Assembly: GCF_006345805.1 (NCBI RefSeq)
Contig: NC_043022.1
Span: 21,266,001 to 21,330,000 of the forward strand
Source: Octopus sinensis
Lineage: Eukaryota
Reading direction: 5' to 3'
Length of the DNA: 64,000 nt
Positions 28,088 through 42,290 of this stretch are shown here, piece after piece (within the stretch, counting starts at the first letter, position 1; every line of letters begins with the position of its first letter). The position numbers and the translations under genes are program-made. The notes under the pieces are model-generated. The model was not told the DNA's origin. It was given only the letters and a program-made list of their open reading frames with translations, and did no database searches.

Positions 28088-29558
28088 AAGAGATAATTGC
28101 AAAATGGCTAAGAAATCTTTTGTATACAGTGGTACAGCTTGGAAGAATTTAAGATAGACTGTTCTAAGCTATAACTTACTATTTTAGAACTTACATTTAG
28201 AAATATATTCAGTGAGAGGAGTTGAATTGTTAAGTTTTTTTTTAATAAAGAATTAGTGACCGTGCAAGCAGTAGAGCCTATATAATATTTTAAAAAAATA
28301 TAAATAATGATTTTATACAGTACATTTTATACTGCAATTTTACACCAATTTTAATGGACTTATCAATTATTCCTCTTTAGTCTAAAAGTTACCGTTTAGT
28401 CTTGACTAAATTTGGTACCATCTGGACAATCATAAATTGTAAAATTACTTTCAGTAATATTATTATAGCTGGAGATCAATTGATAATTTGACTGAACAAT
28501 TGACTTCTTTTAGTGAAATCTTATTCTTGCTCATTTTCTTAGTTGAAATATAATTTGATTTATCTAAGCATTAAGGTTTCAAATAGTTTAAATTATAGAA
28601 AGATATGAAACCATTATTACCATTACTATCATTATCAACTACCGCTGTTATCAGCGTGAACATTATTGTTCAGCTTACAGCGATTAGATGTCACGATAAT
28701 AGATGTCTGGTCAGATGTGAAATAAGATCATGTGATAGTTGATTACAAAAAGTTATGCTGAGACAGCAAGTAATCTATGAGAATGTTAAAGAATATTCTT
28801 GAAATGAATGTCTATACCTGTAAGGGATATGGAAGATTATCATGGGACCATGTGATCACATGACGGACCAGGCTATCAGATGTTGCTACACATCGCTGGT
28901 CACAATGCGCTTCACATTGTTTTAGCCTTCAAATGACGCCACACCGCTGGCTAAGCGAGCAGGCCAACAGAAGAAAGAGTGAGAGAAAGTTGTGGTGAAA
29001 GAATACAGCAGGAATTGCCACCACCACCTGCCGGAGCCTCGTGGAGTTTTAGGTGTTTTCGCTCAATAAACACTCACAGTGCCCAGTCTGGGAATCGAAA
29101 CCGCGATCCTACGACTGAGAGTCCGTTGCCTAAACCACTGGGCCATTGCACCTCTACATGGAAGATTTTACCATGTTATATGTCTTTCTCTTTTTTCATT
29201 TTTTTTTCTTATTACAATACGTTATTAGAGGATCGTTAGTTGAAACACTTATAATCATCCTGATGCCTTATACACAATAAGTTATCTAGGTTTAACATTC
29301 AATCATAATTAGTAAATTCAGAAAACTTATTAATACTTTAGTATTTCTATTACCAGATAAGTTTTTGTACAATCAATATTATATCAGTATTACTGTTATT
29401 GTGGAGGCGCGTGGCTTAGTGGTTAGGGTGTCAGCATCATGATCGTAAGATTGTGGTTTCGATTCCTGGACCAGGCGACGTGTTGTGTTCTTGAGCAAAA
29501 CACTTCATTTCACGTTGCTCCAGTCCACTCAGCTGGCAAAAATGAGTAACGCTGCGAT

Positions 29559-29592
<34 letters not shown>

Positions 29593-29699
29593 ATAGATAG
29601 ATATATGTATACATACATACATACATACATGCATGCATATATACATACATGTGTGTGTGTGTATACTGTAAGGTTTCATTAAGTTCATGAAAGGAATGG

Positions 29700-30460
29700 T
29701 AACATTAATGATATTAATAGTTTTTATATTCTTGTTGAAAGTGATAGCGAGATTATAATTCCTTAGAAAGAGAACCCACCAGTTATGTTTGGAAAAATTT
29801 TCTATTTAATTCATGTAAGAAGAATAATTCAACCAAACATATTACCTGAATTAAATTGGAAGAGCCCATAATAATACAGAAATTATCAGTTTTGAATTTT
29901 CTAGTCCAATTATGATCTTGGAATAAGATCTATGCATTTCTAACCATGACAATTACATCTATAACTTTTTTTTGTCAAATTAGAAACCTTTCCAGTGAAA
30001 ACGAGTGCTTTATTCAAGAGTACAAGGGTTATAGATGAATAACAGTTATTAATGTCAAAACTGTTAGAAGTACACTTCCTGCTTATTTTGTAACCTAATA
30101 ACCCTCATCCAAATTATCCCAAGGAGATAGCTTTTTGCTATTTTTCGCTTTCGGTATTCATTTGATCTAGTATCTCCTTACTAATACAACCAATCTCAGA
30201 CTTAGAAGAACTAATTAGTATAATACATGGATGGGTTTTCCAAAAAGTCCTATTTGTGATCTTTAATAATAATATGAGGGAAGTTAGACTTAAAAGACCC
30301 CATCTTATCTGTTACATTGAGTTCAGTCCCTAATTTAAAACCCTTATCATTTATATTATTTAGGACATATTTTCCAGCTTTTCCATAATTTTTGTTTAAT
30401 TCCTGTGAATTTTTTATTCCTAACTGAGAGTAAATTACCATGTTTTGTGGATGTATATAC
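29700..30460 (-). pseudogene. Degenerate Penelope-like (possibly Naiad/Chlamys-type) reverse transcriptase
   Basis: Frameshifted translation IIIKDHK.DFLENP..LISSSKSEIGCISKEILDQMN..FDINNCYSSIT..LLNKAL..MG resembles the TLKDHK..NP..RLINPSKSEIG..SK.ILD..FD...YPSI motifs of PLE RTs. Confidence 0.6.
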
Positions 30461-30496
30461 AATAGATGTTATGCGTATGTATATTTTATATACATT

Positions 30497-30775
30497 CATG
30501 ATGGCTGCCCCCTCGTTATCGAGTATGGCCATTGCATGAAGCTTAACTGTTATTGGTGCTGTGATCGAATGTGACTTTTTAGCCCAGCTAAAGATCTACA
30601 ATGTCTTGTACAGAATTGGCAGCTAAAACCTTTACCGGCAATAGCCGGCTGTAGTTGTAACTGGGCTTCATGTACCTTTGCATGTCGTTTAAGTCCTCCT
30701 GCCGAATTACACTCTCTTCCACATGCCTGATAGATATGATTAGTATGGTGTGTAACACCACCACTAGTGGCCAGG
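30497..30775 (-). mobile_element. RTE LINE 3' end encoding tandem C2H2-like fingers
   Basis: ACGRECNSAGGLKRHAKVH and FSCQFCTRHCRSLAGLKSHIRSQH, stop, then a short 3'UTR ending GGGGCAGCCATCATGAATG. Confidence 0.65.
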
Positions 30776-31189
30776 TTGTCACTCATCTGTCTCACTTTAT
30801 GACTACGGTCGCCTTACTGGCACGTGAAAAACAACATTTGAGTGTGGTCATTGCCAGTGCAGCCGAACTGGCTCCCGTGCAGGTAGAAAGTAAAAAACAT
30901 CTATTGAGCATGGTGGTCGTTGCCAGAACTGCCTGACTAGCCCTCATGCCAGTGGCACATAAAAGCAACCACTACATTCTCGGAGTGGTGGGCTTTAGAA
31001 AGGCATCCAGCTGTAGAAACTTTGCCAGATCAGATTGGCACCTGGTGCAGCCTTCTGGCTTGCCAGTCCCCAATCAAACCATCCAACCCATGCCAGCATG
31101 GAAAGCAGACGTTAGACAACGATGATGATGATGATGATGAATACACAGGGACCAAGCATTTCAAATTGACAGTGGAATAAGAGATAACG

Positions 31190-31600
31190 TAATGACAGGC
31201 ATGAAGATAAAGGAACTTGTTGCTGACCCATCAGGGCTAGTTGTTGAGATGTTCAAAATACCTGATGAGGTAAGATACACGATAGTTACCTGAACTGCTA
31301 ATTAGGTAGTACAGGAAGGTGCCGTACTTGATGACTGGAATAGCTATATTAGTGTAAACAGATACAAGGGCAATGGAAATGATTTAGAGAAAGAAAATTA
31401 TAAAGACATCAAATTGTTAGATCAGGCTATGAAGGTCGTAGAAAGAATTATGGCACAAGAGATCAGGAACAGAATTAGTTTAGATGAAATACACTTCAGC
31501 TTTATGCCTGGGAGAGAGGCCACAGATAATGCAAACTTCTTAAGAAAAGCAACCACAGGAGAAATACTTAGCTAAAAATAAACTGCAATACCTGACATTT
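31190..31600 (+). pseudogene. RTE LINE reverse-transcriptase N-terminal relic
   Basis: DPSGLVVEMFK..DDW..YKGNGNDLEKENYKDIKLLDQAMKVVERI..FSFMPGREATD..QEKYLAKNK. Confidence 0.8.
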
Positions 31601-31604
31601 GCAC

Positions 31605-31638
<34 letters not shown>

Positions 31639-31694
31639 GTCAGTGAGTGAAAGAGAAAAAGAGAAAGAGGGGAAGGACAGAGACACGGACACAC

Positions 31695-31730
<36 letters not shown>

Positions 31731-32847
31731 CACAAAACAATATAATACACATGTATATACGTATTGATACAAGCCCTTGTGTAGTTTTGAACACTTCCAC
31801 TTAGAGTGTCATGTCATGATACAAGTAGAATATCAACAGACAATATCGAAACGGCTATTTCACTTCAAATTCGTTGTTTAGGCTAAGCAGATTTCACTAA
31901 AAGACATGTTCCTGCAAAAGGATATCACTCTATTTGCAAGGCCTTCGAAGTATTATTTATTGATTTTTCCTAATCAATCCGATCTAACACGTTTCATCCT
32001 TCGCCTTTTCTTCTGTCATCTCTACCACCACATCGATCCTACCATCCATTTCCGCACATCTCAGACCACCCTTTCGACTCAGTCCCCTAACCCGCACATC
32101 AAAAACTGCTTGCTTCCAAGTGCAGAACCATGATAGCGCATGTGGGGTGGGATGGGTGGGGGTTTATGTTCAAGAGGTGCCTAACAAAGGAGCGGTACCA
32201 TTTCCACCAATTTACACATGATTTGATTTATTTATGATGGTAGTCATTTCTGAGAGAAATAGTAGCTTATAACATCATCTATTGACTGGATAAATTTATA
32301 CACAAAACTCTTAAGTAACAGCATTTCTAAGCTATATCAAGACAACATCAATATGCATACTTCACCCCACATTTATATCGCATAATTTTATTTTATTTCA
32401 TTTTATTTTTGATTAATGCAGATTCTTTTATATAATCTTTTCTGCTCTAGGCACAAGGCCTGAATATTTTTTTTTTTTTTTTTTTTGTCGGGGGACCAGT
32501 CAATTAGATCAACCCCAGTACACAACTGGTATTTAATTTATCGACCCTGAAAGGATAAAAGGCAAAGTTGACCTCTGTGTAATTTGAGCTCAGAACGTAA
32601 AAGACAGATGAAATACTGCTAAGCATTTGGCCTGGTGTGCTAAAGATTCTGCCAGCTCGCCGCCTTATGGGATGGGGGGAGAAATATTCTTGTCTACTCA
32701 AGGCACAAGGCCCCAAATTTTATTTTTTTTTTTTGTGGGGGTGGAACAGTCAATTAGATCAACCCCAGTACACAACTGATATTTAATTTTATCAGCCCCG
32801 ACGACCTAGGCAGAATTTGAACTCAGAATGTAAAGACAGATGAAATA

Positions 32848-33075
32848 CTTATTTCTTTATACCCACAAGGGGCTAAACATAGAGTGGACTAACAAGGACA
32901 GATAAAGGGATTAAGTCGATTACATCGACCCCAGTGCGTAACTGGTTCTTAATTTATCGACCCCGAAAGGATGAAAGGCAAAGTCGACCTCGGCGGAATT
33001 TCAAATCACAACGTAACGCAGACGAAATACCGCTAAGCATTTCGCCCAGCATGCTAACGTTTCTGCCAGCTCTCT
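32848..33075 (-). mobile_element. SINE family A copy nested next to two older copies
   Basis: Sequence match; older copies at 32490-32665 and 32740-32850. Confidence 0.8.
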
Positions 33076-33404
33076 TATATAATGTAGATGTATGTGTATG
33101 TAAACATTCAAGCTTGTTTGTGTGTGAGTGTGGGTAATTGTACATGTGTACAGCACACAGATACGTGCACATGCATACCGACACTCACACACACACATAC
33201 ACACACATAGATACACTCTAAAAATGAGAATGGAATTGGCAATCAAATTTGCACATATTCTAGGAGTAACTGCCTCAACAAAGATCTCCATAGGGAATAA
33301 ATATGCTAAATTCCAGAACTAACATTGCTTAATCATTCAAATGGTTCTTCTCATGAGAAGAGAAGAAAAGTCTAAATGGTTATACAATGGTAGCACTGGA
33401 ATTC

Positions 33405-33700
33405 AGTGTGTGTGTATGTGAGTGTGTGTGTATGTGAGTGTGTGTGTGTATGTGAGAGTGTGTGTATGTGAGTGTGTGTGTATGTGAGTGTGTGTGTATT
33501 TGAGTGTGTGTGTATGTGAGTGTGTGTGTGTATGTGAGTGTGTGTGTATGTGAGTGTGTGTGTATGTGAGTGTGTATGTGAGTGTGTGTGTATGTGAGTG
33601 TGTGTGTATGTGAGTGTGTGTGTATGTGAGTGTGTGTGTATGTGAGTGTGTGTGTATGTGAGTGTGTGTGTATGTGAGTGTTTGTGTATGTGTGTGTGTA

Positions 33701-33736
<36 letters not shown>

Positions 33737-34000
33737 AGTGTGTGTGTATGTGAGTGTGTGTGTATGTGAGTGTGTGTGTATGTGAGTGTGTGTGTATGTG
33801 AGTGTGTGTGTATGTGAGTGTTTGTGTATGTGAGTGTGTGTGTATGTGAGTGTGTGTATGTGAGTGTGTGTGTATGTGAGTGTGTGTGTGTGTGTGAGTG
33901 TGTGTATGTGAGTGTGTGTGTATGTGAGTGTGTGTGTATGTGAGTGTGTGTGTATGTGAGTGTATGTGTATGTGAGTGTGTGTGTGTGTATGTGAGTGTG
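33405..34000. repeat. Compound (GT)n / GTGTGTGTATGTGA minisatellite
   Basis: Direct reading. Confidence 0.9.
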
Positions 34001-34335
34001 TTTGTCTGTCTGTCTCTTTGCAGAAACAAAAGGAAAGATTTCTTAATACACATAATAGAGTTAATTATAATAATAACAAATGCAGAAGTGAGGCTCTTGT
34101 AATTGCGTATTCTGAGTTTCACATTGTTGCTTATTCAGAACAAAATTTCGTTTTTATTTGAAGGCTGACTATTCTAAGCACTTGATGAAAGTGGGGCTTA
34201 CAAAAATTAATATTCTACTATTCAAATAGATAGAATGATTAAATAAGGTCTTAGGAGTAAGCAACAAAGCAAAAGTACAGTGGGAGATGGGAAGAGACAA
34301 GGATGGAGAAAAGAAATGAATGTGTGTGTACGTCT

Positions 34336-36551
34336 ATCATCATCATCATCATCATCATCACCACGTTCATCATCATCATCAACACGTTCATCATCATCAT
34401 CACCACATTCATCATCATCATCAACACGTTCATCATCATCATCACCACATTCATCATCATCATCAACACGGTCATCATCATCATCACCACGTTCATTCAT
34501 CATCACACACGTCATCATCATCATCAACCGTTCATCATCATCATCACAACATTCATCATCATCATCAACACGTTCATCATCATCATCAACACGTTCATCA
34601 CCATCATCACCAATTCATCATCATCATCAACACGTTCATCACCATCATCATCATCGTTCATCATCATCATCACACGTTCATCATCATCATCACCACGTTC
34701 ATCATCATCATCAACACGTTCATCATCATCATCACCACATTCATCATCATCATCAACACGTTCATCACCATCATCATCATCACGTTCATCATCATCATCA
34801 CATTCATCATCATCATCAACACGTTCATCACCATCATCATCATCACGTTCATCATCATCATCACCCAGTTCATCATCATCATCAACACGTTCATCACATC
34901 ATCATCATCACGTTCATCATCATCATCACCACATTCATCATCATCAAACGTTCATCACCATCATCATCATCACGTTCATCATCATCATCACCACATTCAT
35001 CATCATCATCAAACGTTCATCACCATCATATCATCACGTCATCATCATCATCAACCACATCATCATCATCATCAACACGTTCATCACCATCATCACATCA
35101 CGTTCATCATCATCATCACCACATCATCATCATCAACACGTTCATCACCATCATCATCATCACGTTCATCATCATCATCACCACATTCATCATCATCATC
35201 AACACGTTCATCACCATCATCATCATCACGTTCATCATCATCACAACATTCATTCATCATCATCAACACGTTCATCACCATCATCATCATCACGTTCATC
35301 ATCATCATCACCACATTCATCATCATCATCAACCACGTTCATCACATCATCATCATCACGTTCATCATCATCATCACCACGTTCATCATCATCATCAACA
35401 CGTTCATCACCATCATCATCATCACGTTCATCATCATCATCACCACATTCATCATCATCATCAACACGTTCATCACCATCATCATCATCACGTTCATCAT
35501 CATCATCACCACATTCATCATCATCATCAACACGTTCATCACCATCATCATCATCACGTTCATCATCATCATCACCACGTTCATCATCATCATCAACACG
35601 TTCATCACCATCATCATCATCACGTTCATCATCATCATCACCACATTCATCATCATCATCAACACGTTCATCACCATCATCATCATCACGTTCATCATCA
35701 TCATCACCACGTTCATCATCATCATCAACACGTTCATCACCATCATCATCATCACGTTCATCATCATCATCACCACATTCATCATCATCAACACGTTCAT
35801 CACCATCATCATCATCACGTTCATCATCATCATCACCACGTTCATCATCATCATCAACACGTTCATCATCATCATCAACACGTTCATCATCATCATCACC
35901 ACGTTCATCATCATCATCAACACGTTCATCATCATCATCATCATCACGTTCATCATCATCATCATCACCACATTCATCATCATCATCAACACGTTCATCA
36001 CCATCATCATCATCACGTTCATCATCATCATCACCACGTTCATCATCATCATCAACACGTTCATCACCATCATCATCATCACGTTCATCATCATCATCAC
36101 CACGTTCATCATCATCATCACACGTTCATCATCATCATCAACACGTTCATCATCATCATCACCACGTTCATCATCATCATCAACACGTTCATCATCATCA
36201 TCACCACATTCATCATCATCATCAACACGGTCTCACATCATCATCAACACGTTCATCATCTCATCACCACATTCATCATCATCATCAACACGTCATCACC
36301 ATCATCATCATCACGTTCATCTCATCATCATCACCACGTTCATCATCATCATCAACACGTTCATCACCATCATCATCATCACGTTCATCATCAACATCAC
36401 CACATCATCATCATCATCAACACGTTCATCACCATCATCATCATCACGTTCATCATCATCATCACCACGTTCATCATCATCATAACACGTTCATCATCAT
36501 CAACACGTTCATCATCATCATCACCACGTTCATCATCATCACAACACGTTC

Positions 36552-36582
<31 letters not shown>

Positions 36583-38378
36583 ACACGTTCATCACCATCA
36601 TCATCTCACGTTCATCATCATCATCACCACGTTCATCATCATCATCAACACGTTCATCACCATCATCATCATCACGTTATCATCATCATCACCACATTCA
36701 TCATCATCATCAACACGTTCATCACCATCATCATCATCACGTTCATCATCATCACACCACGTTCATCATCATCATCAACACGTTCATCACCATCATCATC
36801 ATCACGTTCATCATCATCATCACCACATTCATCATCATCATCAACACGTTCATCACATCATCATCATCACGTTCATCATCATCATCACCACGTTCATCAT
36901 CATCATCAACACGTTCATCACCATCATCATCATCACGTTCATCATCATCATCACCACATTCATTTCATCATCATCAACCGTTCATCACCATCATCATCAT
37001 CACGTTCATCATCATCATCACCATTCATCATCATCATCAACACGTTCATCATCATCATCAACACGTCATCATCATCATCACCACATTCATCATCATCATC
37101 AACACGTTCATCACCATCATCATCATCACGTTCATCATCATCACCACGTTCATCATCATCATCAACACGTTCATCACCATCATCATCATCACGTTCATCA
37201 TCATCACACCCACATTCATCATCATCATCAACACGTTCATCATCATCATCACCACATTCATCATCATCATCACACGTTCATCATCATCATCACCACTTCA
37301 TCACATCATCAACACGTTATCATCATCATCACCACGTTCATCATCATCATCACCACGTTCATCATCATCATCAACACGTTCTCATCATCATCAACACGTT
37401 CATCATCATCATCACACACATTCATCATCATCATCAACACGTTCATCACCATCATCATCAAGTTCATCATCATCATCACCACGTTCATCTCATCATCAAC
37501 ACGTTCATCACCATCATCATCATCACGTTCATCTCATCATCACCACATATCATCATCATCAACACGTTCATCATCATCATCACCACATTCATCACATCAT
37601 CAACACGTTCATCATCATCATCACCAACATTCATCATCATCATCACACGTTCATCATCACATCACCACGTTCATCATCATCATCACCACGTTCATCATCA
37701 TCATCAACACGTTCATCATCATCATCACCACATCATCATCATCATCAACACGTTCATCACCATCATCATCACCACGTTCATCATCCTCATCCACGTTCAT
37801 CATCATCATCACCACATCATCATCATCATCACCACGTTCATTCATCATCATAACACGTTCATCATCATCATCACCACGTTCATCATCATCATCAACACGT
37901 TCATCATCATCATCACCACATTCATCATCATCATCAACACGTTCATCACCATCATCATCATCACGTTCATCATCATCATCACCACATTCATCATCATCAT
38001 CAACACGTTCATCATCATCATCACCACGTTCATCATCATCATCACCACGTTCATCATCATCATCAACACGTTCATCATCATCATCACCACATTCATCATC
38101 ATCATCAACACGTTCATCACCATCATCATCATCACGTTCATCATCATCATCACCACGTTCATCATCATCACCACCATGTTCTTCATCATCATCACCATGT
38201 TCATCATCATCATCACCACGTTCATCATCATCATCACCATGTTCATCATCATCATCACCATGTTCATCATCATCATCATCACCACGTTCATCATCATCAT
38301 CATCATCATCATCACCACGTTCATCATCATCATCACGTTCATCATCATCATCATCACCACATTCATCATCATCATCAA
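34336..38378. repeat. 4-kb (CAT)n-based satellite with 18/21/27-bp subunits and a 66-bp higher-order repeat
   Basis: CAACACGTT recurs at 35396, 35462 and 35528 (66-bp period). Confidence 0.95.
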
Positions 38379-39599
38379 CGTTTAACATCCATTTTCCGTG
38401 CTAGCATGGGTTGGATGGTTTGATCGGGTTCTGGGAAACCAGGAGGCTGCACCAGGCTCCAGTCTGATCTGGCAGTGTTTCTACAGCTGGATGCCCTTTC
38501 TAATGCCAACCACTCCGAGAGTGTAGTGGGTGCTTTTTACATGCCACCGGCACAGGTGCCAGACAAGGCTGGCAAACGGCCACGATCGGATGGTGCTTTT
38601 TATGTGCCACCAGCACGGAGGCCAGGCGAGGCTGGCAACATCCACGATCGGATGGTGCTTTTTATGTGCCACCGGCACGGAGGCGGCGCTGGCAATAATA
38701 TATATATTAAATGTATATTAGATAATAATAAATATAGATATGTGTGTGTGTACATATGCATATGTGTGTGTATGTATACATATACATACACACACAAATT
38801 TGAGAGATAGGAGCAGTGTGAGGTGGAAAGAAGAAAAGGAGAGAATGAAATAAGAAAAGAAAGTGAGAAATGTGACAATTTGATTGCACCATGGAGTGTT
38901 GTTCTCAGTATAAGCATATATAAAGTAAGAATTCACACACACACACACACTATACATGTATGAGAAGAAAGATAGAAAGAAAATATAACACAATGAAAGT
39001 GATTTAAAGCAGAGAGAAAAGAAAACTAGAAACAGTGTAAGAATGTCTGTAGTGGGAAGCGGTAGATGCTAGAGGGATATGTCTTTGCAATGAGTGGCAT
39101 TGAAGAATGTAACTAATTTGATAAAAAGGTTATGTGCAGATCAAGAGACAGTAGAAAATGAAGTAGAGAAAAGTAAAGGTCGGTGATAAAATGCATAGAA
39201 AGAAGGAGAAATAGGAGTGAAAATAAGGAGAAAATTTCAGTAAAAAGAATTTAATTTTATACATATATAAATTGAAAAATTGAATTAGAAAAATAAAACG
39301 GAAAATGAATAAAGCTGAAAATGAGAAAAAGTTCACGATAAAAGGAAAATAAAACTAAATACAATATAATCTGATAAAATGAAAGTGGAAAATGTTTATA
39401 ATGGACAGTAGACAAAAACAAGTTATTTTGTCGATATTAGGTCAAAACACTCAAAAATGGACACAGTATTATGTTATCTCATGTAACAAAGAGAAAGCAA
39501 TTTTATCTACTAAAAATCCTTTGTCATCACATTCAAGAGAGTTTCCAAATAATCAGATAATTTCAAAGAATTCCAGAAATATCAAAGGATTTCAATGAA

Positions 39600-39990
39600 A
39601 TGCCCTCTACATTGTGTGAAAGATTTTTGGCGATGATATTTTGAGACCAGCCCATTTCTTGAATTTAACAAATTGACAGGGGATGTCAAAAAGGAAGAAT
39701 TTCTTATAGATACATAGCTGCAGGTCGGAAGAAGTCTCATGGCAGGCCCCCCCCGCACCAGATGGCCGGATGTGATTGGGGAAGATCTCCCGAGGCTTGA
39801 CATCACCTTGGAGGATGCAGAGGGGCTGGCATGAAAATATCAGCAATGGAGATCACTGGTAGACTTGTTCAGCTCTACATATGATGACACCTCTGGGACC
39901 ACTAACTTGGAATGGCCCCAGCGCCATCAAGCAAGGGCATGAAGCCAGCCAGCCACATAGATGACATGACCACAATCATCCAGATTATGG
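39600..39990 (+). mobile_element. RTE-like LINE 3' fragment
   Basis: RSHGRPPRTRWPDVIGEDL..LEDAEGLA..QQWRSLV. Confidence 0.6.
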
Positions 39991-40049
39991 GTTGGCAAAT
40001 TCAACTACTGACCACACAACTGCAAAGAAGTCCATTGAATATATATATA

Positions 40050-40447
40050 TATATCTCTTTCTCTTTTACTCTTTTACTTGTTTCAGTCATTTGACTGCGG
40101 CCATGCTGGAGCACCGCCTTTAGTCGAGCAAATCAACCCCGGGACTTATTCTTTGTAAGCCCAGTACTTATTGTATCGGTCTATTTTGCCGAACCGCTAG
40201 GTGACGGGGACATAAACACACCAGCATCGGTTGTCAAGCAATGCTAGGGGGACAAACACAGACACACACACTTATATATATACATATATACGACAGGCTT
40301 CTTTCAGTTTCCGTCTGCCAAATCCACTCACAAGGCTTTGGTCGTCCCGGGGCTATAGCAGAAGACACTTGCCCAAGATGCCACACAGTGGACTGAACCG
40401 GGAACCATGTGGTTGGTTAGCAAGCTACTTACCACACAGCCACTCCT
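40050..40447 (-). mobile_element. SINE family B copy
   Basis: Sequence match; a partial opposite-strand copy follows to ~40670. Confidence 0.85.
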
Positions 40448-41049
40448 ATCTGTGTGTGTATCTTTGTGTCTGTGTTTGTCCCCCACTACTACTTCACAAC
40501 CAGTGTTGGTATTTTTAAATCCCACTAACTTAGCAGTTCTGCAAAGGAAACCAATAGAAATAGTACCAGGCTTACAATAGAAAAGGGGGGGGTTGATTCA
40601 TTCAACTAAAAATTCTTCAAAGCAGTGCCCCAGTATGACCTCGGTCTAATGACTGAAGTAAACACTAAAAAGACAATGAATATCAATGGGAATTTTTTTA
40701 ATTAATTTTAATTGCAGCTGTTACTGGAATTCACTTTCAACTAAGTGGACTGAAGAATATGAAACAAAGCATTTCTCAATGACACACAGTACCACTTCAT
40801 CAGAGAATGGAAACCATGACCTCACACACACACACACATCTGCTGCACACTACCAGCAGATGACACCTAATGTTGGTTTTACCTTACTATAAACTCAGTG
40901 CTATGGTACCCAGCAAGTACAGATGTCCTACCTCTTGATATGCCTAGAGCCTAATGAATCCTGGAACTAACATATATACATATATATACATACACACACA
41001 CATTCATACATACATAGCCACTTAGTGAACTTAGCAACAATCCCAAAGA

Positions 41050-41094
<45 letters not shown>

Positions 41095-41379
41095 CACACA
41101 TTCCTGTCACAACCTGGCTCATTGAAAACTGCTTAAATGCAAGAAAGTATACTAGTCCCTTAATATTTGATATTCATTATTTCATCTATTCAATAAAACA
41201 ATACTTCATTCAATTTTACTATATATACTATTTATGCTCTATATTCTATATTCTACATTAATATTATAAAGAATATAAATAAAACATAAAAAACAAAGTT
41301 GGAATTCCTTTAAATAATATATGTATACACACACACACACACACACACACACATGCACACGCACACGCACACATACACA

Positions 41380-41410
<31 letters not shown>

Positions 41411-41707
41411 CAACATAATTTTTATTATGCAAGAGTGTCGTAAGTCCAAAGCATTTCTTTTTCAGAAAACAAAAAAAATTGTTTCACCATTCCATAGCAA
41501 AACCATTATACTACACTTTGACAATTTTTGATATCTTGGCATCTGAAGCAGCTGGAGATACAATAGTTTGACCAAAAGAGCTGGCTATTGCAAGCAAAAA
41601 TAGATATTGCAAAAAGTGCATTTGGCCAAAATTGGACATACAACAGTTTGACATAATAGCAATGATATATGTAGGTATATATACATACATACATATATAC
41701 ATATATA

Positions 41708-42290
41708 TCATCATCATCATCATTTAACGTCCGTTTTCCATGCTAGCATGGGTTGGATGGTTCGACCGGGGTCTGGGAAGCCAGGAGGCTGCACCAGGCT
41801 CCACCCTGATCTGGCAGTGTTTCTACAGCTGGATACCCTTCCTAACGCCAACCACTCCATGAGTGTAGCGGGTGCTTTTTACGTGCCACCAGCACAGGTG
41901 CCAGTGGAGGCTGGCAACGGCCATGATCGGTTGGTGCTTTTCATGTGCCACCGGCACAGAAGCCAGTCAAGGTGGCCCTGGCATCAGCCACGTACGGATG
42001 GTGCTTTTTAGGTGCCACTGGCACAGGTGACAAGGTAGGCTGGCAACGGCACAGGTGCCAGGGTAGGCTGGCTACGGCACAGGTTCCAGGGTAGGCTGGC
42101 TACAGCACAGGTGCCAGGGTAGGCTGGCAACGGCCATGAATGGTTGGTGCTTTTTACATGCCACCGGCACAGAAGCCAGTCAAGGCATCGCTGGCATCGG
42201 CCACGTACGGATGGTGCTTTTTAGGTGCGGCACAGGTGCCAAGGTAAGTGGCAACGGCCATGAACGGTTGGTGCTTTTTACGTGACACAC
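41708..42290 (-). mobile_element. RTE-tail-type retroposon 3' end (family E, (ATG)n tail) with expanded internal minisatellite
   Basis: CATCAT...TTTAACGTCCGTTTTCCATGCTAGCATGGG signature. Other copies at ~5280-5385, 6875-7095, 30870-31140(+), 38379-38695, 46635-46945, 56845-57010(+) and 60280-60750(+). Confidence 0.75.

Noticed and set aside
31261-31300. CUGAUGA-GGUAA...UUACC hammerhead-like half
   Set aside because: Followed by UGAAC rather than GAAA, with no stem III; lies inside an RTE RT relic.
32144-32162. G-quadruplex motif GGGGTGGGATGGGTGGGGG
   Set aside because: Isolated, antisense to the host gene, with no supporting context.
34280-38404. 1374-aa, 1360-aa and 721-aa ORFs (His/Ser/Ile-rich)
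   Set aside because: CAT/CAC/CAA/GTT repeats contain no stops in any plus frame; the ORFs drift between reading phases at indels; no protein-level signal.
38560-38695. Regularly spaced repeats resembling a CRISPR array
   Set aside because: Eukaryotic context, units are tandem without unique spacers, no cas genes; retroposon minisatellite.
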